A DNA stretch of 64,000 nucleotides, taken from Octopus bimaculoides. Its lineage: Eukaryota. The stretch is from positions 20,991,981 to 21,055,980 of the forward strand of contig NC_069002.1 of the NCBI RefSeq assembly GCF_001194135.2, read 5' to 3'. A model generated the notes under the pieces. It was not told where the DNA came from and made no database searches. It saw only the letters and a list, made by a program, of their open reading frames with translations. The translations under genes and the position numbers were made by a program. Positions 24,929 through 39,512 of the stretch are shown in pieces (positions within the stretch are counted from its first letter, which is position 1; each line of letters begins with the position of its first letter).

Positions 24929-27328
24929 AAGAGAGAGATAGAGAAAGAGAGAATAAGCGTATATGTAGAGTATATAAATTACGTTATAGTTTGTAATGCA
25001 TATGTGTGTGTATGCGTGTGTGTGTGTGTGTGCGTGCGTGCCTGTGTTTGTACAAACACAAACAAGCATACGCACATACGCGCATGCCCATACGCACACA
25101 CATCTAGAGACACGCTCTTATATAGTACAATTTGATGTCACACACACACACACATTTAACGCAAAGGTACACTTCTTCTAAGAACACTTTGCACATCCAC
25201 TTCACATTATATATGTTAATACATGCAACGAAGCCTTCAAGCCCACATCTACGATTAAAGAAATTACACATATTTAAACAACATTTATATCATATGCAAT
25301 AGTGCACAGACACAGCGCACGCACACACATGTTCGCACACATGATGAAGCAACAAACCCGGACTTGTCTATTCACTGTCGTACATTCACTTACAAATATT
25401 CGACGGTTAGCAATTTAGTCTGCACCATAAAATTACGTACGACACACATACATGCACACGGAATCACACAAGTACATACCCAAATAACAAAAGACAATCG
25501 CAATTACGCAAACAGACATGGAATACTTTTAAGCCAATCATATTCATTCAGAGAGATACATACATACAGAATCAAAAATAACGCAATATATATATAACTA
25601 CATATAGAAACACACCAATCAACTGGGAGTTGCTGTTCTGTCTTAGCACAGTAAACCTGACAGCGCCTCTTAACATTTCCAGTCAGCCAACGGCTGCTTT
25701 CTAGACGTCCAGAAAACGAATTATAGTTTTCCTTCGAGTTACGTACTCAAGCTTTTCCAACGTTTGAGTCCAGGCAAACATTTTTAATATAAATGTACAC
25801 TACTTCATCGCTAATTAGTGTGCCTTAAGTTTATTAACATTGCACACGCCAACAAAATTATTATTTGTGGTTTTTCATTTATGAACGATAGTCTTTATTG
25901 AACAACCAATTCCGTGTGCGTAGCTAATGAAGCGTAACGACAAAGAATGATGTGTCTTATTTATAGCTTGATGGCGAGTTGTTTTCATAACAATTTGCTT
26001 CCCAAGATAGATTCTACAGTGAAGGACTCTCCACATTTGAGTTTTCACGAACGTTCTAAATATAATTATACACAGCTTTATGCTAAGCATCACTGCTTCA
26101 TGATTTTGTATATGTGTATGCCTGTCTGATTGTGTGTCACTTTGTGTATGGACATGTATATGTATATATGGATGCATAGGTTGATTACTAACACAACAAA
26201 ATATTCAACAATAGGCTACAGATGTAATTAGTTTGTACAATGGCTTTATAAATAAATAAATACGCGGAAACATTGTATATGTGTGACATTTAGAAATATA
26301 TCCCATGAATCTTTAAATCTAAAGAAACTTGATGCCATTTAGACTGAATTTTCCCTTGATATTGTCGATCATCTTGAGAAACGTGACTCAGTTGCAATGG
26401 CTTTTAAAGAAATCAGTTTGATATTTTTCCTTCAATAACGAATCAATAAATTAAAAATAATAACCTCAAAGCAAAACAAAAACGGTGAAATTATTTTCTT
26501 TTTGAAGCCTTAATATTTTCCATTTAAGAATTCGCGGATCAACTCACACATTGACATATATTCTTTGAAGGCCCCGAATTAATATGCCTGCTTGTACGTA
26601 CGTGTGCATGTATATATACATGCATGTATCTAAGTATATAGGTATGTATGAATGCATACATATATGTATATATACATATGTGTGTATGTGTGTGTATACA
26701 CACATTCATATATATATATATATGTGTGTGTGTGTCTGTGTGTGTGGGTGTGTGTGTGTGTGTGTATAAAATTATGTGTATTTTTCAGTGTGTACAAATA
26801 ACACGGAGAAAATAAATTAATAGTGACCAGGGTAGCAAAAATTTACGTAAGTGCCAAGGATGTTACAGCCTATTTATAAAGGTAGAAGTTCTAGGATTTA
26901 GTGAAATGTTTTTGGATGGCATAGATAAATTAAGAAATGGTGTTACACACTGAGATTATTCAAATCTTTATACTTCGAAGAAAACAGTGGGATTATTCAT
27001 GAGGGAATAAAATGATCTAAAATAATGTAATCATCTCGTCAGTGAAAAAAAGAAACAAAACACATCAATAAGATATTTTAACTGACTGTCATGTTTTAGA
27101 GCATTTTATTGCCTCTGGAATAATACCAACGTTTTGTCTTTCTTTCGAAACATACGTTGGAAATATAAAGATTTTAATAACACATGCTTTTAACTCCATT
27201 TCTTAATTTATCTACACACGCACACACAGACACACACAAACACAGGCATATATATAAANNNNNNNNNNNNNNNNNNNNNNNNNNNNNNNNNNNNNNNNNN
27301 NNNNNNNNNNNNNNNNNNNNNNNNNNNN

Positions 27329-27367
<39 letters not shown>

Positions 27368-27569
27368 AGTTGGGGATGGTCATATTGCCAGTTTAGCCAA
27401 TAAAAACACACGCACTGTATATTTGGTGTTAATTTGCTTCAGCTTTATATTACATTAATCTTAATCTTATTTCGGCCAGAAATATATATATATACACACA
27501 TATATATATACACACATATATACACACATGTATATGTGAATATGTACGTGTATTTATATTATGTATGCG

Positions 27570-27790
27570 TGTGTGTGTATGCGTCTGTTTGTTCCAACCC
27601 ACCGCTTGAGAACCAGTATTGGTGTGTTTATATCCCTGTAACATAGCGCTTCATCAAAAGCCGATTGAGTAGGTACGAGGCTTCAAAACGTAAAAGTGCT
27701 GGGGACCATTTATTCGTCTAAAATTCCTCAAAGCGGTGCCCCAGCATAGCCATAGTCTAACAATTGAACGAAATAAAAGAATATAAATAA
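27570..27790 (+). mobile_element. 3' half of SINE family C, diverged
   Basis: ...GGTGTGTTTATATCCCTGTAAC...GCGGTGCCCCAGCATAGCCATAGTC...AATAAAAGAATA matches the reverse complement of 42362-42560. Confidence 0.75.
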
Positions 27791-28254
27791 TACCAGAATA
27801 TACATATATGTGTATGTGCATGTGCGTGTGTGTATGCGTGTATACATATATGTATTTATATATATATATATATATGTATGTATGCATGCATGTATGTATA
27901 TGAATGAGTGAGTGGGCAAACGAAAGGAAATGGCAATCAACAAATTTAGTATGAATTAATGCATCATTTCAAAGTTTTATTCGGTTCTCTGCGATTTAGA
28001 GTTTCGCAGACCTCCAACAAATTATCGAATGGCGAGAGTCAGGAAGTCCAGGAAGGTAGCCCATCTTTTTGTCAGCTAGGCTAACAGTAGCAACCTTCTG
28101 CTCGAGGTCTGCGAAATTTTAAGTGGCCTCGAACCGAATCAAGCTGTTTAAATAATACACACAAATACATACAATCAAACGCATACAAACATACACGCGT
28201 ATGTTTGGAGTATTCCAGGCTCTAACATGTCATGGAAGATTTGAGGTGGGGGGT

Positions 28255-29070
28255 CATGTGATTTTTGAACGCACCGAAAAGCTGTCAGTGGATATACTCT
28301 CCTTTGCGGCTGTCGGAGCTGCGTCTAACACGACCCATAGTCTGAGGTTTTGACGCATCCTTCGGGTTTGTTGTCCTACATCACTCAAAGTAAATTTGGA
28401 GGAAATGTGGTTGTTCATTTGTAGGTAACAGGGATCAAATGAGATGAGCTTTGAACGTCGGCGTAAATCGATGTTCAACTATCTTCTTAGATGCACCAAA
28501 CAATGTCATTTGAAATGCAGAGATGTATTGTCTGATATTGTTCACAAAATCCTTTGACTGGATGGAAGTGCCTTCCAAGAAATCCACAAGAAGTTGAGAA
28601 GGAGCTGGTAGTGCTGGCAATCTTACCTCATCAATTGAGCAGCACATGCCACTAGTTTCATTGGGAAGTTTTAAAGTTTTGCAGAAACGACAATTTGAGT
28701 GTAGCACATCAATTTGGACAACATTATCACTTTTATAAGAATGGGATGGATCGTATCTGATAGAAGCTTTAGGAGTTGTGAAGAACGAATTTGTACGTAG
28801 TCTGTTTCTGAGAGCTAATCTCTCTATAAAATGTTGTATGTGTTAGCACATGCTGCAGCATGCATTTGCTGATCTTGGCAAAGTCTCATTTTCCTTCTGT
28901 CTTGAGTGTCTGATGCGCTGCAGCATTCGCTTACTGATACTGAGAATGTCTTATCTCGCTCCTGTTTTGAGACTCCATTTGACGTGCTGCCGCGTGCGTT
29001 CGCTGATCTTAAGAAAGTCACATCTCCCTCTCCTTTTGAAACTTTCGCCTTCGGTCTTCTACTATTCTAC
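28255..29070 (-). mobile_element. Helitron Rep/Hel N-terminal region remnant
   Basis: CRFCKTLKLPNETSGMCC...VRLPALPAP...SKDFVNNIRQYISAFQMTLFGA...FTPTFK and SLLPTNEQPHFLQIYF, the conserved Helitron N-terminal CxxC...MCC / NIRxYNSAFQMTSFG block; stops and frameshifts. Confidence 0.85.
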
Positions 29071-29621
29071 CGGCTTTATACTTGTTTCTGGAGAAATTAC
29101 ATCTTTTCTTGGGTGGCATACTTTTTTCAATATTGTAAAACCCCGACACACCACCTCACTGTGGTGACCGTGACGGTGGAAAGTTGCCGATGCGTAATGT
29201 TGTTCACATTAGGATGTAAATTATTTATTTCAAATATAATCGAGATAAGATGACCTTAATGCTATCACATTAGAATTCAAAATGAAAGAATGAAAGGGAA
29301 ACTATTATATCACATTACAATATAGCTGTTATCCAGTGCCAATGTTATATTGTTTTAATTCAAATGAAAAAGTATTACATGTTGACACTCACGGGGTTTG
29401 ATATTACTACCTTGTAAATTTTTATTTGATTGGGTCGAGCCGCTTGAGAATGCATAAGAAATAGACAGACAGACAGACAGACAAAGAATTTTATATAGAT
29501 TAGTGTAATTGTAGCAACAGTTACAATTTGGTTGGTTGATGCCGACGTTGCTTTCGTCGTTCATCAATGTTTAGCTTTGATCAGCATCTGTTCGCAGCTT
29601 ATTCACTACCTGTCGCTTCAT

Positions 29622-29678
<57 letters not shown>

Positions 29679-29727
29679 NNNNNNNNNNNNNNNNNNNNNN
29701 NNNNNNNNNNNNNNNNNNNNNNNNNNN

Positions 29728-29797
<70 letters not shown>
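29622..29797. repeat. (CT)n microsatellite with internal gap
   Basis: Direct. Confidence 0.95.
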
Positions 29798-29800
<3 letters not shown>

Positions 29801-29987
29801 TGTTGATATCGTAGGTGCACCAAATTTATACTAATAATTAAGCTCAGAAAGAAGTGCGTCGAAAGATTAACTGTTGCAGGAGCCAGTTTGACATAGTGTC
29901 TTGATTGGTCAGATATTTTCGATCCCATGGTTAATATGTAACAAATCGTGATATCGCATATATCGGTCTGACTGCTGAATATTCCTA

Positions 29988-30037
<50 letters not shown>

Positions 30038-30078
30038 CTATACATATGTGTATGTGTGTGTGTTTATGTGTGTATGTT

Positions 30079-30112
<34 letters not shown>

Positions 30113-30899
30113 AATTTGAGTGTGTATGTTATGGCTTTCGTTAAAGTTCACAATAAAACACCACTGTTTCTCATACTTATTTCTATAGTTTCTTTATCCA
30201 AACATTTCTATATTTCTCTATGTAACAGTCATTTGCTTTGTAACGCTTCTGTAAGTTTGAATAAATGTCGCGCCAGGTGTGTTAAATTAGATATTTACAT
30301 CCTATATACCGATAAATGTATTTATACTGCTCCACAAATAATGTTCATGTCAAATTTAATGTAACGTTATTACTACTGGTGTCCATAAAACAAATATAGT
30401 ATTTTGAATTGATTTTATATATTTTCCGCAATGTTTGTTAGATTTTTAGTTTAGAATTTTTGAATTCTTTTAACAAAGTTCAACCTAAATAATTTTACAC
30501 AAAAATACTCAAGGGGATTGTAACAAACAACAAGTAATCATGTAATCTAAGCGTTCTGAAAAACCATGTTCTTGTAACAGTTGTTATATTCTGCCATTAA
30601 CAATTGTCCTGTTCAGAGAAATGTACGAAACATCATCATTTATCAGCTTCCACAAATGAAAAGCATTCCAGTATGTGATGTAGTCACGTATATATTCTGC
30701 AGTTATTTATAAACAAACGCACACACACGCACACGCACACTCATACACCAACATTTACATATGTGTGTGTATATGTGCGTGTGTGTTTATGTGTGTGTGT
30801 GTGTATGTTTGTGTATCCATCCATATTTAAATATAGAAATATGCACATATAGCAACAACAGCAACAATTTTGGAAAAAGTATACGGAACGATAGAAAGT

Positions 30900-33000
30900 A
30901 ATTTAAGGAGGAAGCTGAATGGTTAGGAAGAAGAGAAGAAAGAATGTCTGAGGCTGAAGTACAGGAATGGGAAGATATTGCGATGCAGGAAACTAACCCC
31001 AGCTCTATCTAAATGACATAAGTAGAAGTCTCGCAAACCTCTGACTTAATAATCTCACATCATCGCATTAATTGAATATTAGCTTGATATCATCAGGAAC
31101 CTCAACATGTCTCCCAAAGTAGTTCACATTAAGAATAACAAAACAACCCCTAAAACGAGCGACACATGAAAACCAAAATAACTTCACGCCGATCATTTGT
31201 TAGACAACTATGTATAAAATACAATCATCCACGTTGAATCGATGTACAATTTCTCAATCAAAACATCCTTTCTCTTGAACCGAAAGGATGCAAAAGAGAC
31301 ACATGCAGTTGCAAATATCAGCTATTAATAAACCGTATGTAATCAAATATTGCCCACTGGAAAAATGGTACCATGGTACAGCATGGATTGACTTTTATGA
31401 TGCGTTTGACATTATCCCACATAGATGGAATTTAAAGGGACTAAATCTCTCCTCTGGTAAAAGGTTTTCTGCAACAAAGTATGGAATTGTCGAACAAGAA
31501 ATTTTTTCTCAATCATTAGGAAGGCTTGAATGTGTCAGATAATATCAAAATAGATCGTTAAATATTCCAGGGCGATTCACTCTCCCCTCTTCTCTTCTGC
31601 CTTTCCCTCATTCCCTTGTACCATGAGTTGAATAGTTGAATAGAACAAATGACAGGTACAAAATGTCACACTTGTTCCACATGGATGAGCTGAAAGATTC
31701 TGAAAGGGTTACTGATAACTGCAAAACTTTAGTTATGACATCAGTATGGAATTTGTCCTAGACAAGTGTACAAAAAGCTACCTTCAAACACGGTAAACTG
31801 ACAGCCAATACCTCGACCCAACTTGATAATGATACAACAATTAAAGGATCTGGATCACGAAAGCTTTTAAGAGTATCTTCGGGTAAACGAGAGAAAAGAG
31901 TTTCAACCAGGTTCAATGAAAGTGAGGATCGGGAAAGACGTGTTAGAATGTTCCTCAATAATGAGCTGAACTCCCAAATAGAATTGAAGCTATAAACTCG
32001 CTGCCGGTACCGTTTGTCCATTATTTTCTTAATGTCATTAATTGGAATTTGAGTGAACTCCAACGTATGGACATAAAGAATATTGACATTGAACGCGATG
32101 AATCACCCAAAATCAGACGTCCAGAGGATCTATCTCCCACGAAAAGAGGGCAGTAAAAGCTTAATCCAACTTGAAATATCCTATAAAACGATCACGATAG
32201 AACTTCAAATGTACATCCAAAGTAATACCAACTGGATAACACGACTAGTAAGGCAACACAGATCAAGAAAAAGCACTCAATCTCAAAGGAGGTATGCAAA
32301 TACAGACGCGAGTTTAACCTTCCTGTTCATGATGATAATAATGAGGAAACAGCACCCACTAAAGCAGCAAATGTGTAAGACAAAGGCCAAACAGGACAGC
32401 CTGAAGGAAATATCGGGATTGTGGCAATACGTAAAACGAGCTGGGGAAGCTGATGTAGATATCAGAAGAACCCATCTGTGACTGCAGCCAAAACAGAAGG
32501 ATTTATACTAGCGGCACAAGATCATAGTTTCCTCACCCGGAACTATCAAGCTTAATATCCTGCACAATGGCGCAGACACTAACTGTGGACTCTGAGATGA
32601 CAAGCTTGAGAGCACCGACCAACTGCTGCAGAATATATAAAACCAAGCATGATCGAGTTGATCAATACGTGCACTGGGGAATATACCATCACTATGATAT
32701 CCTGCACCCTTACAACTGGTATGGACACCTATTAAGAATTTAGTCTGCTTAAAAATGCAAGTAGAACCATTTAATGTTACCTGTGAAATAAAAGACGAAG
32801 TGCGAGGGAAGCAGCAAAATAAATTAATGATGCGATAAGCCCAGGAAATATCAACAAAAACAGCGGCACAAAACAGGTTCAAAGGTTTCACGGAAGTTGA
32901 CATCAGCCTCGAAGAGAAATCAAGTTCCGAGATAGATACAACTCAAAACAACAATCCAAATCCAAAATATAGAAACAAAGAAGCTAACACACACAAAAAA
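30900..33000 (+). mobile_element. Old, heavily decayed R4/Dong-like retrotransposon (RT, thumb, RLE region)
   Basis: IFQGDSLSPLLFCLSLIPL (~31561), HLFHMDELK, NHPKSDVQRIYLPRKEG, FILAAQDHSFLTRNYQ, HDRVDQYVHWEY; many stops and frameshifts; boundaries approximate. Confidence 0.85.
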
Positions 33001-33109
33001 TCTCTTGTCAGGATGACAATAAATTACAATCCTATCTTGAAGCTCAGATTATTGGGAAGAAAAGGAAAGAGAGAATAAAATTACGCGTTTAGAGATAATG
33101 GCTGGAACT

Positions 33110-33307
33110 TTTGGGACAAAGCTAGAAATTTGGGGGGAGGCAGTAAGATGATGATATTGACCCCAGTGTTCAACTAGTACTTATGTCACTGACCCCGAAC
33201 GGATGTAACGTCGATTTCGGTGGAATTTGAACTCTGAACATAAAGACATGAAAGTGCAGCTAAGTATTTAACTGGGTGTGCTAACGATTCTGCAAGCTGA
33301 CCGCCTA
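33110..33307 (-). mobile_element. SINE family A
   Basis: GGAATTTGAACTCTGAAC (reverse B-box GTTCAAATTCC) and head GCTAACGATTCTGCAAGCTGACCGCC. Confidence 0.8.
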
Positions 33308-35432
33308 AAGCGTTTAGAGATAATAACATGATCAAGTGATAAAGACCGATCGGATCTGTGCCTGACAATTTACTTGAAAAGGATTTAAACTATTCCCTGC
33401 CTGTTATAACACAACATCTGGCCACCTATCATACCAGAATCTGTCACTCTAGAAATTCAATTTATAATACGGTATTTTAAAAGACATTTAGAAAATTGAG
33501 TGTGAAGACTTTCCCCCACATACATAGATATATCCGCACACAAGGGAATGCATTAATAATCTCAATGTAGATAGTATTTTAAACGCACACACATACATAT
33601 ACATGTATGTATGTGTGTGTGTGCGCGCGCGCGGTGTAAGAACAAAGCTCGTCAAAGACTGATGCCTACAGATGCTTGATAACTTAGGCGTTTCTTCGCA
33701 GTAGATGAATTATCGATTCGGTTAATCGTCTAATATTGATGGATTTGTCTTTTAAAACGAGAAGAAATGTGTGTGGATGCTAAACATGAACGCAGCACGA
33801 TTTGGACGCAGAAGAGTTGGAAATGTATAACTAAACCGGAATAGAATTGACTGAACATCCGATATTGTGCATTGATCCTTCAATCCACCTCACAATACAC
33901 TTTGACAGGCATTAAATATTTTATTAAATGTTCAATATACGAAGTAAAGGGTCCTACAGATCTACCAATTCTTTTCCATTTGGTGAATAATTTGTATTAA
34001 AGTATTAATTATATTTTTAAGTAATTTTAGAAGATACATAATCATTGTATATAAATGCATACGTACATATAATGGTTAATGTGTCAATGGAAAACAATAT
34101 GAAGCTATTGTTTATTTATTTTTTACTTTTTTCACTTTCCATTAGAATATAAAACACTCACAGTTGAGTATGTTTGCATTGAAATGTTTACAATAGCTAA
34201 ATATACTTAATTTTACTGCTTAGAATTAAATAGAATCATATCATTTAATCACGAGAGATATGAAAGTGCACATATCGCTCAAAATGAGTAAATTTTTATG
34301 TTAGATTTATTTTATATAACTTCTGATATTGCTATTTCTGTTTCCCAATTAATTTTACGAAAAGGAAACAAGGAAAATATTAATAAATCAGTGAAAGTAC
34401 GTAGTATTAAAAGGTGGAAATGCGGTTAATAGAAAGTAAATAGCTTTGATAGAAAACACAAAATTTGTTTACAAAAGATGTAAACTCGTTTACAAATTGC
34501 TCTTGCATATCATGGCTTATAATTCAAAAGAAAATTGAACAATAACCTGCATCCACGTATTTCATTTCTGATGATTAAATGATATTGAAATGAAAGTTGA
34601 AATAATTTGATATTTTGCAGGATGAAAGAAAATAATTTCGACGGCAACAAACAATGAGATATTAAGACTGATTTTCATGAAGAACTTTTAGTATTAGAAT
34701 TATGCCATCCCAGAAGATTTGTATACGTAAATATTGAAAACTTAATAGAAACCTTGAGAATAATTCGGCGCAGTACATTTCTTGTTATGATTATTTCATT
34801 CTTAATTTAACATTGTTCAGTGATGGAAATAACATTGCTTTCCCAAATTATAAAGAAAATTAATCGCACACAAATTTCTATATACGTAGTATCATCGAGA
34901 CAAATTATTGCCTTGAATATTATGAATATCTACATTACTATGCAACGATCACATTTGGATTGATCCTCAGGTGTATGTAAGAGAGAGGTTGTCCTGAATA
35001 AATATTCTCTTTCGGTGAATTTGAGGAATTTTAATTTAATAAAATCTTGAAAGATAGTAAATACTGCGTCCCATAAGGCATGCATGTACGTTGATAAATT
35101 TTTCAAAACTAAATGTTATTTCAATATTTTAATTCAATTTCTATTCAGCTATTAATTAAATGTTATTAAACAATGTTTTAATATGCCGTCTTTAAATGGA
35201 ATAATCAATCAAAGCAATGATTGGACAAACTTAAAGATATCGAAATAAACATTTTTATCGACATCTAAATTATGAATGTTTCTCAAATATTTAGGCAGCA
35301 GCAACCTAAATGCCATAAAATGCTGTTGATCACACACACACACACACATGTATGCATGTATGTGTGTGCATCTTCAATGGCAACAGCGTGTGCGTCATGA
35401 ACGGCATACATGTATGCATGGTCATACATGAG

Positions 35433-35484
<52 letters not shown>

Positions 35485-35585
35485 GACTTATGTATGTACA
35501 TTTATGTATATATCAATGTACACATTATATACAAACACACATACCCGCACGCACGCACATACACACATATACTTACATGCATGTA

Positions 35586-35622
<37 letters not shown>

Positions 35623-35699
35623 TTAAATATGTTTGTTTTCTTTTTGATATGCTTGTATGTGTGTATTATCAAAGGTATCTGGTAGATATGCATACAGGT

Positions 35700-35853
35700 G
35701 GGGCTTCTTTCAGTTTCCACCTATCAAATTCACTCACAACGCTTTGGTTGGCCGAAAGCTATAATAGAAGGCACTTGTCCAAGGTTTCGTGCAGTGGGAC
35801 TGAACTCGGAACAATGTGGTTGGAAAGCAAACTTCTTACCCCACAGCCATGCC
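35700..35853 (-). mobile_element. 5' half of SINE family C
   Basis: Matches 42620-42790; reverse tRNA-like head GGCTGTGGGGTAAG...GAGTTCAGTCCC and CORE-like CCTTGGACAAGTGCC. Confidence 0.8.
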
Positions 35854-35999
35854 TTTTCCATTTGCGTTTTTACCTTGGAGGTTGCTTTATTTACTCCGTC
35901 CACGGTAATTAGATGTTGGCAATCATTTGCTTTTCTGATGATACATCTGAAAATCCAGAAATATCCGTAGGTTTTATATGAATATTGATTTCAAATTAT

Positions 36000-36615
36000 G
36001 TTACAAAGCCTGTAATTTCGGTGGATGGGATAAGTCGATTACATTGACCACAACGCCCAACAAGATATTATTTTATAGCGAAAAAGATGAAAGGCAAATC
36101 AATCCCTGTGGAATTTGAACTGAGAAAATAAGGCTGTTCGAAATTCTGCTAAGATTTTATATAAATATTCCTTTCTACTAAGCATAAGGCCTGAAATTTG
36201 TGGTGAGTGGGGTCAGTCGTTTACATCGAACCCAGTGTTTTACCAGTACTTAATTCATCGATCTCAAAAGGATGAAAGGCAAAATCGACTCCGGTGGAAT
36301 TTGAGCTCAGAACCTGAAGATAGACGAAATACCGCTAGTGCTAACATCTCTGCCATTCGCCGCCTTGATTTTGTATAAATATTCTTTACTACTTTAGACA
36401 CAAGGCCCGAAATTTTGAGAGAGAGGGGCAGTCGTTTAGATCGACCACAGTATGCAACTGGTACTTAAATTATCGACCGCGAAAATATTAAAGGCAAAGT
36501 GGACCTCGGTGGGCTTTGAACGCAGAACGTAAAGACAGACGAAAGACCCCTAAGCATTTCTCCCTGCAGTGCTAACGTTTCTGCCAGCTCGGCGCTTTGA
36601 TTTTGTATAAATATT
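36000..36615 (-). mobile_element. Three head-to-tail SINE family A copies separated by a 17-bp repeated target sequence
   Basis: Copies at ~36000-36152, 36170-36366 and 36384-36598; GATTTTRTATAAATATT at 36153-36169, 36367-36383 and 36599-36615. Confidence 0.88.
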
Positions 36616-37584
36616 AACATGGTGAATGAAGTGAGCGAGTTTTTTTATTGCATAATCCGTCAATTGATTCATCAGCATTTTACAGAAGAATACTGATGCA
36701 TTTCTTTTATTATATGCAGTACAATTTATTATATTTATTATATAATACGAGATTGCAAATTTGGTGACGAAGCAATTGTGGAATCATGCCATAAATGAAT
36801 TGCTCATCCTATTTTCCTCGTTAATATATATTTGTGCGTATATATGTGTGTATTGGAGTATTTGTGTGCGTGTGAAAGAGTGAAGAGAAATAATGTTATT
36901 CCATTATACAAATACTTTTGATGTGAAATAGCATGTTTCATTCACCCTACATAATATACCACAGCAAGCATTCTTGCCCAAACAATCCTGACGCTTCGCA
37001 AGTTTCTTAGTTCACGCTTCATATGGCTATATATCACATGTAATTATAAGATACGGGGCGGGTGGGTTGTAAAATCAATATACCATCCGACACAAGTCGC
37101 GACGATAAATGATATCAAGATACATTATCACATTCGGCCTTCGTAGATCGATAAAATACTTATTGAAATCGATGTAACCGAACATATCTTAACAGCCGAA
37201 GCTTTGTGTCGATCTTGTCATAGAAATTAAAACAAACAATGACCTTTGATCCTTTCAATATTGTAGTAGTTTTATAATATTCTCTTTTATAAGTAAATAT
37301 TTTTTGTAATGTTGCATCCATCTTGTTAAAATTGCCAGATGGTATTTAAGGGTGTGTTGCCAGTTATTAATTGCAATACGATTGTTCATAGGTTCCATCT
37401 CTTGTAACAATTTATTGTGTGTATGTTTGGGTATGTGTGAGCTTCACTCATGTATAAGTGATATCCACGGATAAATAATAAAGCATATGGAAGAGAAAAA
37501 GCGGTAGATCTGTGAAACAGTTACGTGCAACTCCTACCAAATGCATTGAGAGCCACTTTCTTTCATTGACCACTCACACCTATG

Positions 37585-37900
37585 CGTGTATGTGTGTATG
37601 TATGTATGTATTTATGTATGTATATATGTACGCATGCATGCATGTAAGTATATATTTACATATGTAGGTATGCATGTATGTATGTATTTATGCATGCATA
37701 CATGTATGTATTCATGTATGTGTGAATGTGTGTATGTATGCATGCATGTGTGTATGTATGTATGTATGCATGCGAGTATATATGTACGTATGCATGCCTA
37801 TATATATGTATGTACGTACGTATTCATGCATGCAAGTATGTATGCATCTCTATCTATATGTGTGTTTGTGAAAACAAGTATGTGTGTATCCGTGTGTATG
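37585..37900. repeat. Degenerate (TATG)n/(TGCA) cryptic microsatellite
   Basis: Direct. Confidence 0.9.
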
Positions 37901-38199
37901 TGTGTTTGTTGATAATTATTCGTTATTTGTTCATTCACAAATAATCAACAAAATATATACACATGTGACGTTCGTATTTCCTATCTCTGAAAATGGCCCG
38001 ATTACCTGCTTTATGAATTTCGGGGGCTTAATAGGCGAATATTCACAATTAAAATACACAGTTATAGCGTCGGCACGAAACAGCAGCATGTTTGTCTAAA
38101 CATTTGTCGTTCTGTGAATGAGCAACGTTGAGCAAGATGTTCCAAAATGGAATGATCTAAGTTACACTTTCTCAAGATCTTTAAAATCTCCTTTTTCAT

Positions 38200-38484
38200 C
38201 CATCGGCTGACCGAGAACCAACTGATGTTATGCTATTTGACTCTCAATCATAAGCTCTTTTCCTGTCTTGAGCAAGGCACTTTAATTCACATTGCGCGAT
38301 TCCATTCAACTGGCAAAAATTAAGCTGTACATGTATTTTAAACGGCCATCCTCGTCTCATCGTGTTACGCTGAATCACCCTGAGAACTGCATTAAGAGGT
38401 TCCGGTTCATTTCAGTATCACGAGCTGGCTGTTCCATTGATCGGATCAACTGCAACCTTCGTCGAGGTTACAGACGGAGTACCA
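38200..38484 (+). mobile_element. Old SINE with a family-D-like middle and a family-B-like 3' half
   Basis: TCTTGAGCAAGGCACTTTAATTCACATTGC (cf. 43092-43120), followed by TTACGCTGAATCACCCTGAGAACT...GATCGGATCAACTGCAACCTTCGTCG...GACGGAGTACCA (cf. 14950-15090). Confidence 0.7.
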
Positions 38485-38927
38485 TACACGCACACACACA
38501 TAGCATCACCACACACAGTACTCCATAATATACAGACACGCTACTCCTAATCCAAACCCGCACACACACATAAAATACATATGTACACATATACACTTCA
38601 CACACCTACACAAACAAGTTTCTCACACGCGCAATTGCCAATTTCGCACTCTCTGGCCTTCACAAGATATATATTATATTTCTCTCGAAATTCCTCTCAT
38701 TGATTTTATAACCATGTAATGATACGTGTGCTTTTATCAGGACTATCTGCTCTTTCCTCTTTTTTTTCTATTCTGGACTTCTCTTTCCGACGAAGACCCA
38801 TGGTCGAGACATCATTTCCACTTTTCCTTTTAAAATTTTCAGTAAGCGTCAATCTAAAATATAAACTTTATACAAGTATATTCACTTTAGTTATTTGCTC
38901 CCGGGTTTTTTCTATTATGGATTTTCC

Positions 38928-38973
38928 TATATCTACCTATCTTTCTATCTATCTATCTATCTATCTATCTATA

Positions 38974-39026
<53 letters not shown>

Positions 39027-39034
39027 GTCTATCT
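38928..39034. repeat. (TCTA)n microsatellite; a second tract at 39518-39583 brackets the fold-back element
   Basis: Direct. Confidence 0.95.
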
Positions 39035-39035
39035 A

Positions 39036-39512
39036 AAATATAGATATACAGGGCAGGGAATTGTCAATTAGTAATAAAATTAATAATTAACAATTTTGCC
39101 GGGTAGCTCAGTATGAAAAAACCTTATCGGTAAAACCATTTATAATCATAAATATATAGGGATTAGCAGTATTCTGCTTCTCCAACTTACTGAGAATTCA
39201 GAAATAGCAGCCAAAGAACTACTGATTATTTAGACGTGAGTTATTTAGACATTAGCAAATTTATTAGAATATTTAGCTGAAGATCAGAATGGGGTATTTC
39301 ATGCTCTTAACTGTGAAACGTCGTACTAAATTAACTAAAGGCAAGTTGTTTTTTTACTCTTCTCTTCTGTTTTTTATTCTGTGTGTATCATAAATATCGC
39401 TATCAATTTAGAGAAAAATTTGTAGTTTTGGAATCAGTAGTTCTTTGGCTGCTATTTCTGAATTCTCAGTAAGTTGGAGAAGCGGAATACTGCTAATCCC
39501 TATATATTTATG

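Noticed and set aside
27360-27480. Repeat-like segment with minus-strand GGCCGAAA, a possible hammerhead 3' half
   Set aside because: The CTGANGA half is absent and there is no second copy in the window
34610-34735. Candidate exon TTTTGCAG...TAC|GTAAAT
   Set aside because: Stops in all three frames and a weak donor
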